Shown piece by piece: positions 35,844-40,529 of a stretch of 40,529 bases of DNA. A program made the translations under genes and the position numbers. The notes beneath the pieces were generated by a model that was not told the DNA's origin, made no database searches, and saw nothing but the letters and a program-made list of their open reading frames with translations. Each line of letters opens with the position of its first letter. Position 1 is the stretch's first letter. The stretch is from the NCBI GenBank assembly GCA_046482545.1, contig JAWOEX010000036.1, positions 1 to 40,529 of the forward strand. The letters run 5' to 3'. The DNA is from Candidatus Thorarchaeota archaeon (lineage in GTDB: Archaea; Asgardarchaeota; Thorarchaeia; Thorarchaeales; Thorarchaeaceae).

Positions 35844-37730
35844 TTAAGCTCGTCTTTGCATTCTGGGAGATTTTTCTATGCTGAGTACTTTCGGGTGTTT
35901 GAGCAGAGTTTTCAGGCCTTCATTAATCTCTTCTGAAGCCAGAGAATTGGCCACTTTAAGGCCATTAACTCCATTGTTCATGTGCTTCAATTCTGCATCT
36001 ACAAAATCAGCAAGAGGACTTAGGATTCTTAGATAGAGGCTATACACAAGCCCATCAGCTACCCTCTCAAGTCGTTCTGCGGCACTTCGGGCTTTCTGGG
36101 ACGGAGGATTCTTTGCATGGAGTTTCTGTAGAGATTCGAACAGTATTTTGTACGGCCTTTCCTTGCTAGGATAAATAACTGGAAGTTGTTCCATGATGCC
36201 TGTGTTTAGGCAAGTGGTTAGCTTCGAATAATTGGTGAGATATCGCACGCATAGATAGCGTATCATTCGAGAATTCAGGATAAGTCCAAGGACTTCAGGG
36301 GTGATCTTCCTATTGTGAATTCTAATCCTAACAACTCCTCCTCCGTGAATCATGCCCTTTGGTTTGAGAACACATCGAGGGTATGCCTTATTTTTCGTGG
36401 CTATGAGAAATTCACTGTTCTGGAGATGTGTCAGTTTCTGGTTTTCCAAATAGGCTTCACTGGCGTATGCAATGTACCGAGTATCAAATCCGTACCGCCT
36501 AATGCTTCTTCCCGATGAAGCGTAACGGATAGAGTAAGCTTCTGATTTGGATTCATGGACGTATTTTCGAGGAATATCCCTTCCTCTGGTCGCAGAAATA
36601 TGTCCTGTGTTGGCTTCGAGAATTATATCATCGAAAAGCGCATCATGATATAGAACTGCAATTTCACCGTCTTGGAAGATACTCCTTGGTATCACGTTGT
36701 CTGTTGTAACTTCGGGTCTTCTTGAGACCACATCTATTTCTCTTCTATTGGGTGTGCTTGGGGAACAGAATACGCTTACCATTTCCAGCGTAACATCTTC
36801 GAAGGGGTTTCCTTCATCCACCACTTTCCAAATACCCAACTCGTCTGCGAGAAACTTCCTGGTGTTACTGAATTGCTTGGTTCTCATGATGCTATTTGGG
36901 AGGATAAAACCAAGCTCTCCCTCTGGTTTGAGAAGGGAACCTGACATTGCGAGGAATTGAGCTGCTGAGTTCCAAGTTCCTTGCCTTCCTCCAAAGAGTT
37001 CTGCATCATAGGTAGAACGGATATACTCCTTCTCATAACTTGTTAGCAGATTGCCAAACGGAGGATTTCCTACTATGATATCAAAGCCCGGCTCTCTTTG
37101 ACCGAATGCTTCAGGAAACTCTTCCTTCCACAGGAACGGCATGCATTTGTCTCTATTAGCTGGACACACAGCGGAATTCTGTTGAATTAATTGATTCTGA
37201 GACATTTTTTCTGTTCTGTTGGGTTGACCTATACTTCCTACAAGGCTATTGCCCTGTCGTATTTGTTGTGCAACAAGATTATCTAGACGACTACCGGGTA
37301 TTGAGTCAGACCCCTGTCGTATCCACTCAATCAGGTTTCTTCTGCACTCCCGGACTGCATCTGATCGAACGTCTACACCAAAGAGATTAGTAGCCAATAT
37401 GGAAGCTCGCAGTTCACTGGTATCAATCTCATCGCCTAGTCCGCACCGAAGTTCAAGGAGATAGTCCGCGGCCGCAAGCAAAAAGACCCCATCACCTACA
37501 GCCGGATCTAGTATTCTCACTGAATTCAGCTTTGCAAGTACATCCTTTTTCTGATTATTTCTGTGATTCCTCATGTGCGATTCAGTGAAAATTTGCCTTT
37601 GTCTATCCAACCAAGATTCTATTGATTGATGGGTGATGTACTCGGCGATTTGTGCCGGTGTGTAGTATGCCCCTGTTTTTCTGGAGGTACTTCTTCCGCT
37701 CCGCTTGGGCATCTTGAAAAGTTCACCCAT
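35844..37730 (-). CDS. N6-adenine DNA methyltransferase, gamma class (Eco57I/TaqI-like) with C-terminal target-recognition region
   Basis: GAYYTP (motif X), ILDPAVGDGVFL (motif I), FDIIVGNPPF (motif IV), LGLILNS. Confidence 0.9.
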   Translation of the reverse strand: MGELFKMPKRSGRSTSRKTGAYYTPAQIAEYITHQSIESWLDRQRQIFTESHMRNHRNNQKKDVLAKLNSVRILDPAVGDGVFLLAAADYLLELRCGLGDEIDTSELRASILATNLFGVDVRSDAVRECRRNLIEWIRQGSDSIPGSRLDNLVAQQIRQGNSLVGSIGQPNRTEKMSQNQLIQQNSAVCPANRDKCMPFLWKEEFPEAFGQREPGFDIIVGNPPFGNLLTSYEKEYIRSTYDAELFGGRQGTWNSAAQFLAMSGSLLKPEGELGFILPNSIMRTKQFSNTRKFLADELGIWKVVDEGNPFEDVTLEMVSVFCSPSTPNRREIDVVSRRPEVTTDNVIPRSIFQDGEIAVLYHDALFDDIILEANTGHISATRGRDIPRKYVHESKSEAYSIRYASSGRSIRRYGFDTRYIAYASEAYLENQKLTHLQNSEFLIATKNKAYPRCVLKPKGMIHGGGVVRIRIHNRKITPEVLGLILNSRMIRYLCVRYLTNYSKLTTCLNTGIMEQLPVIYPSKERPYKILFESLQKLHAKNPPSQKARSAAERLERVADGLVYSLYLRILSPLADFVDAELKHMNNGVNGLKVANSLASEEINEGLKTLLKHPKVLSIEKSPRMQRRA

Positions 37731-37907
37731 TTGTGTCTGCTGCTACTATTGATTTGAATGTATGCCTAGCTTTTCTGCCAATTGGTCGATGAACAATTTT
37801 CAAATCATCACATTGCAATAGGATGGCCAGCTGAGAAAGTAAGAAAATGAATAAGAGGAAAGAGACCCGAGATGCTTTCACATCTTGGGAACTCTTTCAG
37901 TCATTCT

Positions 37908-38789
37908 TCAACCGATTTTCGTACCACAATTGGGGCAAAACTTAGCGCCTTTCAATTCCTGTCCACAATTCGGGCAGAATTTTGCACCAGCAGGAGCACC
38001 GGATTTTTCACTATCTTGATTCCCCTGCATCGATTTGCCCATTTGCCCCATCATGGCAGCTCCAGCACCGAAACCGGCACCTTCGCTTTTGCCAATCGAT
38101 TCGGCAGCTGATTTCATCGTCTCTGAACCCATAACCTGCTTACCGTCGACCTTGCCGGTCTTTAGCCAGAATAGTCTTTCTCGGTATTTCTCGGTGGTGT
38201 CTATACCCTCGAATTTCAGGTCAACAAGCTCCAGTCCAATTCGTTCGAATGACATCCTGACTTTCGTCTTAACCTTCATTGATGTCTCGTCGAGTTGTGT
38301 GAAAACTGCCTGAAGGTCGTAGTGTGCAAATTCGTCAATGATGCGCTCATTCAGGAAAGACCTGAGGTAATCGTTCACCTTCTTTGTTGTGAAGGCATTT
38401 TGATTGCCCACGATATCACTAACGAAGACCTTTGGTTCCTTTACGCGAAACCAGAAGTTGCCGTGAAACATGAGTGGAGCGAGATCACTTGTCTGTCCTC
38501 TACCACCGAACTTTCCTTGGAACTGAGACCGTGAGAGAAAAATGCATGTTGCTTGGAATACATCTCCCTTGACTTTCTCCTGCAACCAGCCTACGAGACT
38601 GGGCATCTTGCTCGTTGTCAGTTTATGTCGTCCTGCGAGGAAGGTATCAAGGGCCTTACCATCCCTGTAGAAAATTGCTGCCTGGTTCTCATGTACAATG
38701 AGTTGACTACCCCAGTCCAGTCGATTGTCTGGGTAGCGCCAGACGATTTGATCCGGACCAGCGTTTGTCCATTCTATAGCATCAGCCAT
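37908..38789 (-). CDS. SPFH/band-7 domain protein with C-terminal double zinc ribbon (YdjI-like)
   Basis: IVWRYP, GSQLIVHENQAAIF..DGK; two FCPNCG repeats; ATG at 38789 preferred. Confidence 0.85.
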   Translation of the reverse strand: MADAIEWTNAGPDQIVWRYPDNRLDWGSQLIVHENQAAIFYRDGKALDTFLAGRHKLTTSKMPSLVGWLQEKVKGDVFQATCIFLSRSQFQGKFGGRGQTSDLAPLMFHGNFWFRVKEPKVFVSDIVGNQNAFTTKKVNDYLRSFLNERIIDEFAHYDLQAVFTQLDETSMKVKTKVRMSFERIGLELVDLKFEGIDTTEKYRERLFWLKTGKVDGKQVMGSETMKSAAESIGKSEGAGFGAGAAMMGQMGKSMQGNQDSEKSGAPAGAKFCPNCGQELKGAKFCPNCGTKIG

Positions 38790-38921
38790 ATTGTATACTT
38801 CCCTATCTTGGATTCTGATTGCTCTTGTCAATTTGTGTCGATTTAAATATTGACATGCTATATCGGTCATCTGTATACTGCATTTATGCTTTGAGTTATT
38901 AGTCACAATTCGAAAAGATAG

Positions 38922-39395
38922 ATGGCTATTGCAATGTTGGCTGAAGAATCTGCTAACGAGGGTGATGAATCAAAAACTGACAGTAGCGCTCAACATACTC
39001 GGTCTTCTAGTCAATTCAATCCTATGAGTAACTACTTCGCGATAGTAGCTGGCATTGTGATAAGCTATATTCTTTTCTTTATTTTCGGTTATCCTGCGCT
39101 AATTATTGCTGTGCTATTCTTTGTTGTGCAGGTCGTGCGAGAAACCGTTGAGATACTTGATGAAAAAGCTGGAGGTTTTCTTAGGAAGGCAGCATACTTC
39201 AATGCTGGACTGACCCTTGTCTGTTTTGGAATCCTTGCTATCAATGGATATGCAATCTTCCGCGGCTCTACGCCTCCCATATTACCAGAGATAGCAAATT
39301 TGACTCTTCTCAGTCCACTACTAATCTTGACTGCTCTCTATGGCTCGAAGAACATCAAAGGCATGATTGATGCACAGAGTGATTCCAAGGAGTAA
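38922..39395 (+). CDS. Hypothetical membrane protein
   Basis: About four hydrophobic helices. Confidence 0.65.
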   Translation: MAIAMLAEESANEGDESKTDSSAQHTRSSSQFNPMSNYFAIVAGIVISYILFFIFGYPALIIAVLFFVVQVVRETVEILDEKAGGFLRKAAYFNAGLTLVCFGILAINGYAIFRGSTPPILPEIANLTLLSPLLILTALYGSKNIKGMIDAQSDSKE

Positions 39396-39429
39396 TCAAC
39401 ATCACAATTTTCAGCTTAGGTCAATTCAC

Positions 39430-40191
39430 CTAGAGGTCTATTTGGTGTAAGTCTTCACCCATGATGATCTCTGATAGGTTAGATTCACCAACGATTTCGA
39501 TAACAGAGTCTTTCTTTTCAACAACAGGTGGCGAGACATGAACCAGTACAACCTTGTCTGGTTTGGTCTCTGAGACAACCGCATTGAGTTCACGAGGGCT
39601 TGTATGAACCCCTTCTGGGTGGTCGCCATCGAGCCAGTTGCATTCGTGAATTAAGACATCAACGCCCTTTGCCATCTTGATTACTTCATCACAAACCGAT
39701 GTGTCACCTGTATAGACCAACGATGCGTGTTTGGTTGTTATCTTGAACGCTCTGCTGTCTTGATCGCTATGACATGTTGGGCAAGCCTCGACTTCCACAT
39801 CATCAAACTCTATTTGGTCGTGAGGCGCTAGTTCGGTGATGTTCGTAGAGATTCTATCAAGCAAGTACGGAAATGAAACCTCGTTGATTCCTCTCAACCA
39901 GTCATGAATGTCTGCTGATCCATAAACCTGCAACGTGTCATCATATTCTTGCATCCACAGTGTCTGATAGAGCGGAAGGAAGTCGGCACAGTGATCAATG
40001 TGAAAATGTGTGAAAAAAACTGCAGAGAGCTGGGTTAAATCTATCCCAGTCTGAGTGAGCCGATGAAGGGTTCCAGAACCAGTGTCAAAGACGAGTTTGA
40101 GTTCTCCGATTTCGACAAGCACTCCCGATTGAACTCTTTGAGGATCGGGATACGAAGTACCAGTACCGAGCAGCGTGACATGCATGTCCAT
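39430..40191 (-). CDS. Metallo-beta-lactamase fold hydrolase, RNase Z/ElaC-like
   Basis: LLGTG, FDTGSG, THFHIDH, YTGDT, LIHE, HTS, LVH. Confidence 0.85.
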   Translation of the reverse strand: MDMHVTLLGTGTSYPDPQRVQSGVLVEIGELKLVFDTGSGTLHRLTQTGIDLTQLSAVFFTHFHIDHCADFLPLYQTLWMQEYDDTLQVYGSADIHDWLRGINEVSFPYLLDRISTNITELAPHDQIEFDDVEVEACPTCHSDQDSRAFKITTKHASLVYTGDTSVCDEVIKMAKGVDVLIHECNWLDGDHPEGVHTSPRELNAVVSETKPDKVVLVHVSPPVVEKKDSVIEIVGESNLSEIIMGEDLHQIDL

Positions 40192-40269
40192 CAGGATGTG
40201 TGATACATATCTAATTAATCAGTCTTGTCTCCACTACAATTTGGCTTACAATGAAATCTCTCTTTTCAG

Positions 40270-40527
40270 CTAGGTTGGAAGAAGGGTTGGCTTCAGCACA
40301 TGGCGAACAGTGTTGACAAACAGCTTCAACTGACTGGCCAATTTCTCAGGTGGTTTTGTTGCAAGCTCACGAGGTGACAGAATTTCTCTGCACGTTGTTT
40401 GGCGCAATACTCGCAAGAGTGCGATTGATTCTACTCTACAATGACCTCGTCGAACTCCTCTCCAAAGCTGTTCGATGGCTTCAACAAGATGCTCGCCATA
40501 CTGGACGAGCTCGTTTCTGCTTACGTT
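40270..40527 (-). CDS. 3' part of a hypothetical protein running off the window edge
   Basis: Open frame NVSRNELVQYGEHL...VRHVLKPTLLPT* from the window end to TAG at 40270; not in the ORF track because it has no start codon here. Confidence 0.55.
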   Translation of the reverse strand, partial: NVSRNELVQYGEHLVEAIEQLWRGVRRGHCRVESIALLRVLRQTTCREILSPRELATKPPEKLASQLKLFVNTVRHVLKPTLLPT

Positions 40528-40529
40528 TC

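Noticed and set aside
1-40529. tRNA, rRNA, CRISPR array, IS element or integrase
   Set aside because: None seen by eye; the GGTTCGAAT words near 13128 and 30712 lie inside coding genes with no cloverleaf

Overview
Gene-dense archaeal chromosome segment. Gene content suggests an Asgard archaeon, probably Thorarchaeia (inferred from gelsolin-domain proteins, Roadblock/LC7, a V4R-like protein, Cdc48, group II chaperonin and topoisomerase VI). Housekeeping genes: top6B-top6A, hsp20-cdc48, alanine-type aminotransferase, thiBPQ with divergent ThiR, hisS, thermosome-rpo6, Ard1, AK6/Fap7, MEMO1, ARMT1 and an RNase Z-like hydrolase. There is also an orphan adenine methyltransferase. Main unexplained signals: (1) a ~400-nt, multi-helix, minus-strand non-coding RNA at ~4476-4876 with its own TATA-like box, not cleanly matching SRP or RNase P RNA; (2) Rpo6 fused to an acidic tail and an HhH domain; (3) a 9.8-16.1 kb cluster of eukaryotic-signature-like genes; (4) Top6A with an altered Toprim DxD motif followed by a coiled-coil/wHTH gene; (5) a structured hisS leader. 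No tRNA, rRNA, CRISPR array or transposase was seen. All calls come from motif reading and hand folding; no database searches were run.
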